A stretch of DNA of 64,000 nt from a virus (IMGVR_UViG_3300021399_000134:21279-85278), one strand, 5' to 3'. Numbered from the stretch's first letter, positions 39,170-48,547 are shown. The notes: generated from the sequence alone by a model not told the origin. A program made the numbers and translations.

Positions 39170-40050
39170 TAAACTGTATTAAGTGTAATAATACAGTTAG
39201 TTGTGGATAAGTTGAAAATTTAAAGAAATCCCTCAACCACGGGCAAAACTCGGAATTTGACCTTCCTTTTTTCACAACCTAAACCCTAACCGAAGGACTA
39301 CACTCAGGAATGTATTCCTTCCCTTATTCTTTATCCATTATACAGTGACGCTCTGTAATACCTATAAATACGCTGGTTTTAAAACATTTTTCGAAAAAAG
39401 GTATCTAAATATTATCTTTTTGGTTAGTATTCTAGAAATCAAAAACCGCGTATTTACGCCATTCTTTGTAATTTTTCGAAAAAATTCTAATTCCTTTTTA
39501 AGATTTTTGGAAAAATCCTCTTAAACCCTTTATTTACGCTATTATTCTACATATTTATATTTATATACCATATTAATATTGATATACTTATATATTGTTA
39601 TTAATACTGGTATACTTATATATTGATTCTGGTATGTTTATATATTCTATATTCTATATTTATAGTTTATTATCTAGTTGTAATATGTTATATATTATTT
39701 CACATATATATCTATATTGAAAATATTATGCAATCTACGTACTTACTTTGCTTATATATTATTCTTATACTCTCTATTTCGTATGTTTGAAAAGAATTAT
39801 ATCGTATATGTGAAAAAGGTAGCTCCTCCCTGGAATAACACAAATGGCGTATTTTCGGTATTTTCTAGCCCCATATCTTGCCTCAAATTTTGATAAAACA
39901 AATGTGCGTTTGGAAAAACACTATTTGCAATAAATCGTAGTTCGCGTTATTCTGCAATTGCATCGTTGGAAAAACAATGCCATCCCGAAGGGATGAGAAC
40001 AAACAAAACAAAACAATATAAAATCCCGTTCACGCGTAAATATATATATG
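39170..40050. other. Non-coding divergence zone with repeats and an AT-rich tract (origin-like)
   Basis: No convincing ORF; TTTTTCGAAAAA palindromes, TATTTACGC repeats, very AT-rich 39545-39810; coding strand switches here. Confidence 0.55.
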
Positions 40051-40077
40051 CGCGGGCAGGTAGAAAGAAGGTTACTT

Positions 40078-40623
40078 ATGAAAAAAAAGAATATCGAAAA
40101 GTATCTAGTGCTTAAGTGTACTACAAGCGAGGAATTTTTAGAAATCCTTGCGAAGGTCATGGATTATAATCCAACTATATTAGATGATAATCCACTTGAA
40201 ATTGGCAGAAATGAACAAATTGAAAAACAGAAAATCGACAATTTAGCAAGTGCAAGGGAACGTCAAATTGCAAAATACCGCTATGTCAACAATAGCAACA
40301 AAGTTAACTATGATATAGTAAAAGTCGAAAATCCTAGAATTAATAAAAATGACGCTAGCACCTTACAAGGAACATTTTACATGATTAAAGTAAGCAATTA
40401 CACTCTAATTAGAACGGCGATTAATACTATAATCAAAGACACATTGCCTAAGGATAAGGTTATCACAGCTTTTTGGAATTATGGAAAAGGTGACAAATAT
40501 TATAATGTAACATTGTTTAAGGATAAAAAGGATATTGAAAAATATGTGAACACTTTACCGACTCATATTACTAAACACGATGTTATTTTGCGAAACGGCG
40601 ATAAAGTATTAATTGAGTGCTAG
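40078..40623 (+). CDS. Hypothetical protein, stand-alone transcription unit
   Basis: Likely ATG at 40078 after GAAGG (MKKKNIEKYL); followed by a terminator. Confidence 0.7.
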   Translation: MKKKNIEKYLVLKCTTSEEFLEILAKVMDYNPTILDDNPLEIGRNEQIEKQKIDNLASARERQIAKYRYVNNSNKVNYDIVKVENPRINKNDASTLQGTFYMIKVSNYTLIRTAINTIIKDTLPKDKVITAFWNYGKGDKYYNVTLFKDKKDIEKYVNTLPTHITKHDVILRNGDKVLIEC

Positions 40624-40646
40624 TTATTAATCAAATTTAGGTTTTG

Positions 40647-40680
40647 GGGCTTGTTATCATTATGATAACAAGTCCTTTTT
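40647..40680 (+). terminator. Intrinsic terminator
   Basis: GGGCTTGTTATCAT-T-ATGATAACAAGTCC followed by TTTTT. Confidence 0.8.
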
Positions 40681-40768
40681 AATTGCAATTTTTTTTGGTA
40701 GACACCCGATGTTAACTTTTGGTGTCGCAATTGAAAATTTTTTTGGGATAGATCTAGTTATCGCATGC

Positions 40769-40891
40769 GTAATAACTAAGGATTTTTTTAAAAACCCCCA
40801 GGAGTTACGTGTCGTGTAATAACTAGGGCTTTTTTAAAAAACCCAGAGTTGTTATGTATATGTGATAACTAAGGCTTTTTTAAAAAACCCC
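40769..40891. repeat. Three-copy ~46 bp degenerate tandem array
   Basis: GT(A/G)ATAACTA(A/G)GG(C/A)TTTTTT(T/A)AAAAACCC at 40769, 40816 and 40862. Confidence 0.85.
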
Positions 40892-40906
40892 GAAAGGAGA
40901 GAGAGT

Positions 40907-41038
40907 ATGTTAGAGAGAGATAAATATAGCTGGATTATTTACTCGAAAGAACGAGTAAACATTTTTGAAAATGGCACATTTTTGTGCCAGTGCAATTACG
41001 ATGAGCTTTTGGCATGGAAAAGCCAGTATATTGATTAG
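40907..41038 (+). CDS. Small hypothetical protein (43 aa)
   Basis: AAAGGAG RBS; MLERDKYSWIIY..SQYID* by hand translation. Confidence 0.55.
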   Translation: MLERDKYSWIIYSKERVNIFENGTFLCQCNYDELLAWKSQYID

Positions 41039-41052
41039 AGGAGGTAAAGAAT

Positions 41053-41379
41053 ATGATAATTAGTAATGAGGCTATGAAATTATTAAGAAAACTTGGGGAC
41101 TTTGTGAAAAGTCACCCTCTATATGATGAAGAGTGGATTCAAGATGAGATATGGTTTGGAAAGATGAAAAAGGTTTATGAAGCCTTAGAAGAAACATTAA
41201 AGGATGATAATGGTTATAATACGGAGTATATGCTCCATGTATATAACCACAAGTGGGAAAACCACAAAAAAGTATATTGTGAACCTTGGTTTGCAATATA
41301 CCAGAATAGTGAAGTTGAGGTCGAACCTGGGTTGTTTATGTGGGAACTCACGGATGCTCGTAACATCAAACTTAGTTAG
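41053..41379 (+). CDS. Hypothetical protein
   Basis: 108 aa; GGAGG RBS. Confidence 0.75.
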   Translation: MIISNEAMKLLRKLGDFVKSHPLYDEEWIQDEIWFGKMKKVYEALEETLKDDNGYNTEYMLHVYNHKWENHKKVYCEPWFAIYQNSEVEVEPGLFMWELTDARNIKLS

Positions 41380-41410
41380 TAGTAGGATTTATACAGTTAG
41401 GAGTAGGAAT

Positions 41411-41614
41411 ATGAAAGAGGTAATAGGAGAGTATATATATGCACACGCATATGCTTTTTTTGTAATCCCAACAATAATAGAGGTAGTGTTGGGAATATGT
41501 GTGTTAATTGTTCCATTTATTATTGGTATCGTTGTTTGGATTGGGTTGTTTTTGCTTTTTGAGTGGGCAGAAGCAGTACACGTACAGAATATATACAAGA
41601 AGAAAGGATGGTAG
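41411..41614 (+). CDS. Small membrane protein
   Basis: Start MKEVIG at 41411 after AGGAG; two hydrophobic stretches. Confidence 0.6.
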   Translation: MKEVIGEYIYAHAYAFFVIPTIIEVVLGICVLIVPFIIGIVVWIGLFLLFEWAEAVHVQNIYKKKGW

Positions 41615-41811
41615 CAATGTTAGTTTATTTGGGTGAAGTGTCGGAAGACACTAAAGATTTATTATTAAGAAAATTCCCTAGTCACATTTGCGTGACAGGA
41701 GAATACCCACATAGTAGACGATATGAAGTATCTGTTATATGGGTAAATGAGAGCAACAAAAAAGGTTTGGCATGGTTTGTAAAAACTGTGTCTAGGAAGT
41801 ATATCAGATAG
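41608..41811 (+). CDS. Small hypothetical protein
   Basis: ATG at 41608 after AAAGG, overlapping the upstream stop. Confidence 0.55.
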   Translation: MVAMLVYLGEVSEDTKDLLLRKFPSHICVTGEYPHSRRYEVSVIWVNESNKKGLAWFVKTVSRKYIR

Positions 41812-41824
41812 GAGGTAATTTAAC

Positions 41825-41977
41825 ATGGTAGAATTATTAAGTGAGATTTATGATGCCGTTAAGACGGCAGAAGAATTGCAGTATGAAGATGCTGTAATTA
41901 TCAAATTAATGAATGCTCAGTCAAGTGGCGAGATTGAGCATATCTTAATCGACGCTCGCCACAATTCAGGATATTAA
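41825..41977 (+). CDS. Small hypothetical protein (50 aa)
   Basis: GGAGG RBS; MVELLSEIYDAV..HNSGY*. Confidence 0.6.
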   Translation: MVELLSEIYDAVKTAEELQYEDAVIIKLMNAQSSGEIEHILIDARHNSGY

Positions 41978-42000
41978 TAATCACGATAGGAGGTAATGTA

Positions 42001-42174
42001 ATGAGTAAAAAGTTTTATGATGAAGTGTGTGCCTTAATGGCACGGTTGGAAGTAGAGGATGTAGATGTAGTAACTACCAAAGTGCGAGAAATCGCACAAT
42101 GGTTTGCGGACCAGAGATTTTTTGTGTTGTATAACGTGTCATCTGGCACTTATACAATATCGGTGGCATGTTAG
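42001..42174 (+). CDS. Small hypothetical protein (57 aa)
   Basis: GGAGG RBS; MSKKFYDEV..ISVAC*. Confidence 0.6.
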   Translation: MSKKFYDEVCALMARLEVEDVDVVTTKVREIAQWFADQRFFVLYNVSSGTYTISVAC

Positions 42175-42371
42175 TGCATATAATGGCTCGTAATAAATCC
42201 CACGATATAATGTGGGTAGAGCCTATCAGGTCAATATCTGTCCGCAAGGACGGACTGAGAGAGTGTACGGTTAGAAGTGGGGCAGTCAGAATATGTCCCA
42301 AGCATGATGTCAAGAAGATGGTGGACTTGTCGTTCAATGGCAAGTCCTTTTTGATTGTGCCATACACATGA
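42168..42371 (+). CDS. Small hypothetical protein
   Basis: 67 aa ORF overlapping the upstream stop. Confidence 0.5.
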   Translation: MLVHIMARNKSHDIMWVEPIRSISVRKDGLRECTVRSGAVRICPKHDVKKMVDLSFNGKSFLIVPYT

Positions 42372-42386
42372 AAGGAGAGAGTAAGT

Positions 42387-42599
42387 ATGTTATTAAGAAT
42401 TATTTGTGATAATAATACACGCTCGATATATGAGCGTATTGAAGGGTTCAAGCCCGTAAAGGGCAAGAACCAATATGCCTTTTATCAAAAAAATGGCAAA
42501 TGGTACGGTTGTCGTTCCTATGAAATTACTAATAAGTTACCGTTAAACAAGAGTAATTATTGGCAATTAGGTAACTTATATGTCAAGAAAGTGAGGTGA
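42387..42599 (+). CDS. Small hypothetical protein
   Basis: 70 aa; AAAGGAG RBS. Confidence 0.65.
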   Translation: MLLRIICDNNTRSIYERIEGFKPVKGKNQYAFYQKNGKWYGCRSYEITNKLPLNKSNYWQLGNLYVKKVR

Positions 42600-42960
42600 T
42601 GAAAATGACAGTAAGACATTTGAAGAAATTATTAAATAATTTTAACGATGATGAGACCGTATCATTATTGATAATGGTGAGTATGAAGCAAATGAAGCTA
42701 ATGAAATCATTTTTGCGTATAAGGTTAATATACATGGAGAAAAAGAACCACGCCCAGTTATAATTTGTAAAACGAAAAATGATTTTGACGTGCCAAATGA
42801 ACTTGAGGCACAAATAGAACATTTTAAAGAAGAAAACTGGGACGAAGCTGATGCTCTTTCACAATTATTAGAATATGGATTCACCATTGAAGATTTTAAG
42901 TATGACGAATCTAGATACAATTGGGCTAAAACAGTAGGGAAAGAGCATGGACTGTTGTAG
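42599..42960 (+). pseudogene. Frameshifted hypothetical gene (or sequencing error)
   Basis: MTVRHLKKLLNNFNDDETV continues in another frame as IIIDNGEYEANEAN..KEHGLL*; one base is missing near 42660. Confidence 0.65.
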
Positions 42961-43083
42961 AACAAGGCAGATAACCCTAATCCCAGATAAAGGGAAAGGG
43001 AAATGAAATATTTGTACAAGTATACAAGGGAAATGAAACATTGGTATACAAGGGAAATTTATTTTTTATAGGAGGAAAACGAT

Positions 43084-43968
43084 ATGATAAAAGAAAAATT
43101 TTATAATGAGGTAAAAGAAAAACTCGAAAGGGAAATGCCAGAATATACAGTACATTTTAGCACTGTAACAAAGGAAAATGGCATTACTTATGAGGGTGTT
43201 ACAGTACGCCCAAAGTCAGGTAATGAAACTGTTGCTCCAGTTCTATATTTAAACAAAGCGTTAGAAAAAGTTAATAATGGAGAAAATATTGCAGAGGTTG
43301 TTGAAGAGATTGCAAACAATTATATCAATGAAATGTCAGCATCAAAGTATAGAAAATTTGATACTGAATCTCTTTTATCTTTTGAAGATGTAAAGGATAA
43401 GATTTTTTCAAAACTGATTAATACTGCTAAAAATGCGACTTTATTAGAAGATAGACCGCACATAAATGTTGCGGATTTGTCAAAGACATTCCATATTAGA
43501 ATAGGCGAAGATGCATCAGTGCCTATTACGAATAATCTAGCGACAAAATACGGAAAAACAGCAGAAGAACTTGATTTTTATGCAAGGGAAAATGCAAAAA
43601 ATACCGTTAAGTTTGGTTCAATGTTTTCATTCTTAATGGGGAATGGATTCGATTTAGACCAGGCAACTATCTCTGATGGAGAATACCCTCTTTATGTGGT
43701 AACAAACAAAGACCAAATGTTTGGAGCTTCGATGATAACCTATCCAGAAGTTTGTCAGAAAATATCTGATATTTTCGGAGGGGATTATGTCATTTTGCCA
43801 TCGTCTATCCATGAAGTTATTATTATTCCAGCAAATGCGATGGATAAGGAGGATATCTACGATATGGTAAGAAATGTAAATGAAACATGTGTAGCACAGG
43901 CGGATTTTCTTTCGGATAATGTATATTATTACAACTCAAAAGAAAAGAAGATAAATTTCTTTAAGTAA
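43084..43968 (+). CDS. DUF5688-like protein
   Basis: VTKENG..GVTVR..VAPVLY N-terminus and LYVVTN..FGAS..YVILPSSIHEVIIIP..VNETCV..LSDNVYYY C-terminus. Confidence 0.8.
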   Translation: MIKEKFYNEVKEKLEREMPEYTVHFSTVTKENGITYEGVTVRPKSGNETVAPVLYLNKALEKVNNGENIAEVVEEIANNYINEMSASKYRKFDTESLLSFEDVKDKIFSKLINTAKNATLLEDRPHINVADLSKTFHIRIGEDASVPITNNLATKYGKTAEELDFYARENAKNTVKFGSMFSFLMGNGFDLDQATISDGEYPLYVVTNKDQMFGASMITYPEVCQKISDIFGGDYVILPSSIHEVIIIPANAMDKEDIYDMVRNVNETCVAQADFLSDNVYYYNSKEKKINFFK

Positions 43969-44010
43969 TACAGAACTAAAAATATAAAAATAATAAGGAG
44001 GATTAATGTT

Positions 44011-44646
44011 ATGACAAACACAAAGGAGGAAAACAATATGAAAACTGTAGCAAAGAAGAAAGGCTTCGTATCATTCATGAAGCCAATGTGTGAGAACGCC
44101 ATTCATAATGGCGAGATTTTAGAAAATGATGGCGTTTACTATGCCATTGAAAAGAGAAATAGTGAGTGGTCAATCTATGAATTAACAACAGGCTTAGCGG
44201 TTCATATAGCGAAAACAAGAAAAGAGTGCATTGAAAAAGCCATAGAACTCACTGATAGAATCAAGAAGGCAATAAAGAATGAAAATCCTTTTATCAAAGT
44301 ATTAAGCAAGAAAGAAAACGCAGAATACAAGGCAATTTACGATGCACTCCTGAAGGAGTTAAACATCAAGCCAGAGCCAGAAAAGAAGGCAAATACAAAA
44401 CCAAAGGCAAAGGCAAATACAAGTACAAAACCAAAGACAAATGCAGAGGTCTTGGCAGCCAAGATAAAAGAATTGGGTATTAAGGAAGAAGTGAAAACTT
44501 ACCAGCAGTGGTTAAAAGCTGGCAAAAGAGTAAGAAAGGGAAGTAAAGCCTTATTCAAGTGCTTAATGTCAATGAAGTATCATGACTCATGGTGCAAGAG
44601 AAATGTTGCCTATTTTGGCGAAAGCCAGGTAGATGATGAAGTATAA
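44011..44646 (+). CDS. Hypothetical protein with a C-terminal ArdC-N-like motif
   Basis: VKTYQQWLKAGKRVRKGSKA resembles the ArdC ssDNA-binding motif (T..QW...G..V.KGEK). Confidence 0.6.
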   Translation: MTNTKEENNMKTVAKKKGFVSFMKPMCENAIHNGEILENDGVYYAIEKRNSEWSIYELTTGLAVHIAKTRKECIEKAIELTDRIKKAIKNENPFIKVLSKKENAEYKAIYDALLKELNIKPEPEKKANTKPKAKANTSTKPKTNAEVLAAKIKELGIKEEVKTYQQWLKAGKRVRKGSKALFKCLMSMKYHDSWCKRNVAYFGESQVDDEV

Positions 44647-44672
44647 TTTGTTAAGTATAATTTATTAAGCAA

Positions 44673-44706
44673 GGGATGCACTCTGTAAAAGGGGTGCGTC
44701 CTTTTT
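44673..44706 (+). terminator. Intrinsic terminator
   Basis: GGATGCACTC..GGGTGCGTCC followed by a T-run. Confidence 0.7.
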
Positions 44707-44724
44707 GCTAGAAAGGAAAATATT

Positions 44725-45108
44725 ATGGGAGGAATAGAGAAATTTAAACAAAAATTAGCTGATGAATCTTTCAACTCTGTTTTCCACTCAGAAGAATGGA
44801 TTAATCACTTCAAAAACAGATTTGCAGAAGATAAAGGGTTGGAAGAAGATTTTTTAAGTGAAAAGAAAACTTTAGAAGGCTTGTGTGAATACATTACGAA
44901 TCAAGCCAGAAAAAAGGCAACTGAAAACCACCACTCTAGCAACAACTTCTCTAGTAATTATTATTTATGCACAGATATAAACGAGTTTTACGAGTGGGCA
45001 GAAGATTATATAAGAGCAGAAGAGCCTGAATCATGGGCAAAACCAAAGGCAAATGCACCTAAACTCAAGTTAAAGGAAAATGACGATGGTCAACTGTCGT
45101 TTTTTTAG
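44725..45108 (+). CDS. PcfK-like protein (family overlapping AcrIIA9-like annotations)
   Basis: KTLEGLCEYITNQARK..EFYEWAEDY..QLSFF; directly upstream of PcfJ. Confidence 0.7.
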   Translation: MGGIEKFKQKLADESFNSVFHSEEWINHFKNRFAEDKGLEEDFLSEKKTLEGLCEYITNQARKKATENHHSSNNFSSNYYLCTDINEFYEWAEDYIRAEEPESWAKPKANAPKLKLKENDDGQLSFF

Positions 45109-45127
45109 TTAAGGAGGGCAAAATGAA

Positions 45128-47002
45128 ATGGATAAGAAAAAATTAAAAGCAATACATCGCACAGAAAACATTACAGCCACCAACGAAAACGAAAGGGAAA
45201 TGCCTGTAAAAGTTTTTGAAGTTGACGATATTGTAGTTATCGACATCTATTATAGTAATGGAAAACCATATATTAGATACTTCATAAACAAAGATGACAA
45301 AGAAATGCTGGCATTAAGGACAGATATAAAAAGGCTAAATTTTGTATTTGGCGACCCTTTTCATTATATAGGGTATTATAAAAAATTACGGCTTGTAGAT
45401 GCTACAAGCAAAAGAATAATAGAAAATTTAGGTTACAACGATGTAAGTACAGCTATCAAAGATATTTATTTTGTCAATAGCGAAAAACGGAAACTTGGCA
45501 AAACTCAGGCATTTTTAAAGCAAGCGAAAGAAGATGAAAAATTCTTTAATGAATTTAGAATGCCTAATAATTATAAAAAGTTTGTAGATGGTCTGTTTTA
45601 TTACAACAATAAAGACTATCTTTTTTATAATAAAAAGGCACATAGGAGTTTTGTGACATGTTGTCAGAGAAATATAGACAATATGGATTATAAATTACTA
45701 AAAAATAATAAAGAATATGAATGTCCTTTCTGTCATAAGAATCTAACTGCAAAGGCAGATGGTTATTATCATCAAAAGTGGTATGACAACTTAACGCAAC
45801 TAGAATGGACTAATTGCGTTGATGTTATAGGCGATAGGGTGATGGTGAAGTATTTTATACATCACCGAAAATTCAACAATAAAGAAGTGAAAATAGAAAC
45901 AACAGAAATGTTTCGGGATATGATAAGAAAAGCTAGATTAACAACATACGATACAAATATGCAGAAACATGTGGTTATTAAAGGCATATATGGATATGTT
46001 TCTGAAGAAAGAGAACCCTGGTTTTTGTATAATGCGTTTTCAGAAAAAGAGTTTCTTGAGAAGTTAAAAGGAACTCCTTATGAGTATTGTTGTTTTGATA
46101 AAATGAAAGACTATTTTCGAGACACACATATAATAGGCAATTGGTTGACTTTTTATTATAAACATACACAAATTGAAAAGTTGATCAAGGTAGGATGGAC
46201 TGACTTAGTGCGTGAGCAAACAAGGAAATTCATTATTCGCAAAGGAAATTCTTTGCATGAAATTCTAGGGTGCACGAAAGAGGAATTAAATTTCCTTATT
46301 CAAAGGACAGATAATTGCATTTGTTCACGCAATATAGAATTTTTGCGAAAAATCAAAAAAAAGGTTCCACACTTTGGAAAAGAGTTTGTAGCTGCATACG
46401 ACTTTTATCTGTCAAATTGTGTCGGAGATGAGGTAAAGGAGCATATACTGTCAAATTATTCATATGCAAAGATAAATAATTATTTAACAAAGCAAAAAAC
46501 TAACGCAACAATGTTAAATGATTACATTAGGCTTTTAAAACTGTTGAAGTACCCAGTCAATAAAGACACATTATTGCCAAATAATTTAATTAATATGCAC
46601 AACAAACTTACGGAAGAATATAACAAAAAGCAAGAGAACGAAAGAAAAGAAGCTCAAAAAGGCTTCAATAAGTTTTTAAAACAATTTCATGACAAACAAT
46701 GGGTAGATGATAAATTAGGTTTATTCATGCGTCTACCAAAAGAAATTGATGAATTAAATATTGAAGGTAGCACTTTACATCATTGTGTTGCGACATATAA
46801 GCAGTCTGTGATAGATAAGAAAACTACGATTTTCTTTATCAGGAAAATGTCAGAACCTGACAAGCCATATTATACATTAGAGTATAAAAATGGCAAGATT
46901 GTGCAGTGTCGTGGTTTAAGAAATGCTGCCATGACAGATGAAGTAAAAAAATTTACAGAAGAATTTACAGACAAAATACGCTTATTAGCAGCAACAGCAT
47001 AA
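45128..47002 (+). CDS. PcfJ-like domain protein
   Basis: C-terminal EGSTLHHCVATY..IFFIRK..PDKPYYTLEY..IVQCRGLRN. Confidence 0.85.
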   Translation: MDKKKLKAIHRTENITATNENEREMPVKVFEVDDIVVIDIYYSNGKPYIRYFINKDDKEMLALRTDIKRLNFVFGDPFHYIGYYKKLRLVDATSKRIIENLGYNDVSTAIKDIYFVNSEKRKLGKTQAFLKQAKEDEKFFNEFRMPNNYKKFVDGLFYYNNKDYLFYNKKAHRSFVTCCQRNIDNMDYKLLKNNKEYECPFCHKNLTAKADGYYHQKWYDNLTQLEWTNCVDVIGDRVMVKYFIHHRKFNNKEVKIETTEMFRDMIRKARLTTYDTNMQKHVVIKGIYGYVSEEREPWFLYNAFSEKEFLEKLKGTPYEYCCFDKMKDYFRDTHIIGNWLTFYYKHTQIEKLIKVGWTDLVREQTRKFIIRKGNSLHEILGCTKEELNFLIQRTDNCICSRNIEFLRKIKKKVPHFGKEFVAAYDFYLSNCVGDEVKEHILSNYSYAKINNYLTKQKTNATMLNDYIRLLKLLKYPVNKDTLLPNNLINMHNKLTEEYNKKQENERKEAQKGFNKFLKQFHDKQWVDDKLGLFMRLPKEIDELNIEGSTLHHCVATYKQSVIDKKTTIFFIRKMSEPDKPYYTLEYKNGKIVQCRGLRNAAMTDEVKKFTEEFTDKIRLLAATA

Positions 47003-47013
47003 AGGAGGTAATT

Positions 47014-47247
47014 ATGAAAGAAAAAATCAGAAAGGAAAACATTAAAAAGAATTTAACCAATAAACTATTTCGCAGTCTTTCTGTCTATGACGAAGTATAT
47101 GAAAATCTAGAATACATAGGCAAAAAAGACATTGAAACCAGCATGGGGAAAATAGAGTGCCACTGTTTGGAAGGTGGCACTTATGATTTTTATTTTGATA
47201 TAGAGAAATGCAATTTAATTCGTGTAGAAAGGAGAGTGTATGAGTAA
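47014..47247 (+). CDS. Hypothetical protein
   Basis: 77 aa; GGAGG RBS. Confidence 0.7.
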   Translation: MKEKIRKENIKKNLTNKLFRSLSVYDEVYENLEYIGKKDIETSMGKIECHCLEGGTYDFYFDIEKCNLIRVERRVYE

Positions 47248-47794
47248 GTACAAAAATTTTAAGGCAAACATCATCGAGGAAAATGATAGGATGTTTGTGT
47301 TAGAGTGGAAAAACAAAGATGGAAGTATTTTTTATAGTTCCACTTTTTACCTTGATAAAGTGAGTGGCACTTTAATGATTGTAAGCGATATGGGAACGTG
47401 TATTGCAAGATGGTACAACGAAGTAAGTGAAACTAACTTGTGTACCTTGTTGAAGGATATATATTATTTTGCTAGTAAAATAACATGCATTGATTGTCTA
47501 TATATAAAAACAGACGAGGCGGTTATAGAAGATATAGAAAAGGCAAAAGAAATATATATTTCAAAGTATGGTTCCGATGACAGAACGGAATCTGATTTTG
47601 AATATATAAAAAATGCTTTGTTATATAGTAAAATTGACGATTATCCAGAATTAACAGAATTATATACTATGTATAAATTAAATGAAATTATTGACGGAGA
47701 ACCTGGCGAAAGATTGAATCCAGCTGTCAAAGCCTTTAGTGATGGATATATAAGAGCTATGAAACAGTTAGGAAGATGGAAAATATCATTATAG
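47240..47794 (+). CDS. Hypothetical protein
   Basis: 184 aa; overlaps the upstream gene. Confidence 0.75.
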   Translation: MSKYKNFKANIIEENDRMFVLEWKNKDGSIFYSSTFYLDKVSGTLMIVSDMGTCIARWYNEVSETNLCTLLKDIYYFASKITCIDCLYIKTDEAVIEDIEKAKEIYISKYGSDDRTESDFEYIKNALLYSKIDDYPELTELYTMYKLNEIIDGEPGERLNPAVKAFSDGYIRAMKQLGRWKISL

Positions 47795-47814
47795 AAGATT
47801 AGGAGGGAAAATAT

Positions 47815-48213
47815 ATGTCAGCAAGAATGTTTATGAATCTTGAATATAAAAAAAGTAGTTCATTTGGAAGGTGTTTTGCAAATTGTACGGAAAATTTTAT
47901 ATATAATACAGATAAAAGTTATTTGTTTGAAATAGAAGATTTTAAGAAAACGCTGGAAAAAATCTTAAAAACAATGCAAGAGCAAGATAGAAACAACTAC
48001 AGTAGTATGTGGCTTATTATTGGTGAAGCTGATGAATGGGGGTCGGAAAAATTCAAGAGATTTGTTATATATCAGACAGTAGATAACAGAGATAACAAAG
48101 TATTTGAAGTAACAAAAAATGAAGCAATCAATAGTAAAGAAGAGGTAATAATAAATAAAAGAGAATTGAAAAATCTCATAATGGAATATTGGAATCAGTT
48201 AGCAGAAAAATAA
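47815..48213 (+). CDS. Hypothetical protein
   Basis: 132 aa; GGAGG RBS. Confidence 0.75.
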   Translation: MSARMFMNLEYKKSSSFGRCFANCTENFIYNTDKSYLFEIEDFKKTLEKILKTMQEQDRNNYSSMWLIIGEADEWGSEKFKRFVIYQTVDNRDNKVFEVTKNEAINSKEEVIINKRELKNLIMEYWNQLAEK

Positions 48214-48226
48214 AAGGGAAAATATA

Positions 48227-48529
48227 TTGGAGGAAAAAGTTATGATGAGGCAAAACATTGTAAACATTGTAAATGAGTTAGCAGCAGGACAAGGAATAAA
48301 TTTTGAGTTAAAAAAGTGTTATAACCTGATTTTGGAATATTGTAAAGGGAATAATACTCTTTATAATCCACGCAAAAATAAATATGAAATAGTAAATGGT
48401 GTATTATCAATCAATGGGAAATATATTGGGAGAGTAGAACCATTGATAAGACCTTTTAATATTTATGATGAGGTAGCTGATTATTATGAAAATAAAATTT
48501 TAGCAGCAGCAGAACATTATTCTTTGTGA
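48227..48529 (+). CDS. Hypothetical protein
   Basis: 100 aa ORF; start uncertain (TTG 48227 or ATG 48242). Confidence 0.7.
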   Translation: MEEKVMMRQNIVNIVNELAAGQGINFELKKCYNLILEYCKGNNTLYNPRKNKYEIVNGVLSINGKYIGRVEPLIRPFNIYDEVADYYENKILAAAEHYSL

Positions 48530-48547
48530 GATAGGGAGGAAAAAATT

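Noticed and set aside
39202-39210. Perfect DnaA box (TGTGGATAA)
   Set aside because: Single copy; roughly one is expected by chance in 64 kb at this base composition.
40769-40891. CRISPR mini-array
   Set aside because: Intervening segments are 16-17 nt and resemble each other (AG(G)AGTT start); no cas gene or leader in the window.
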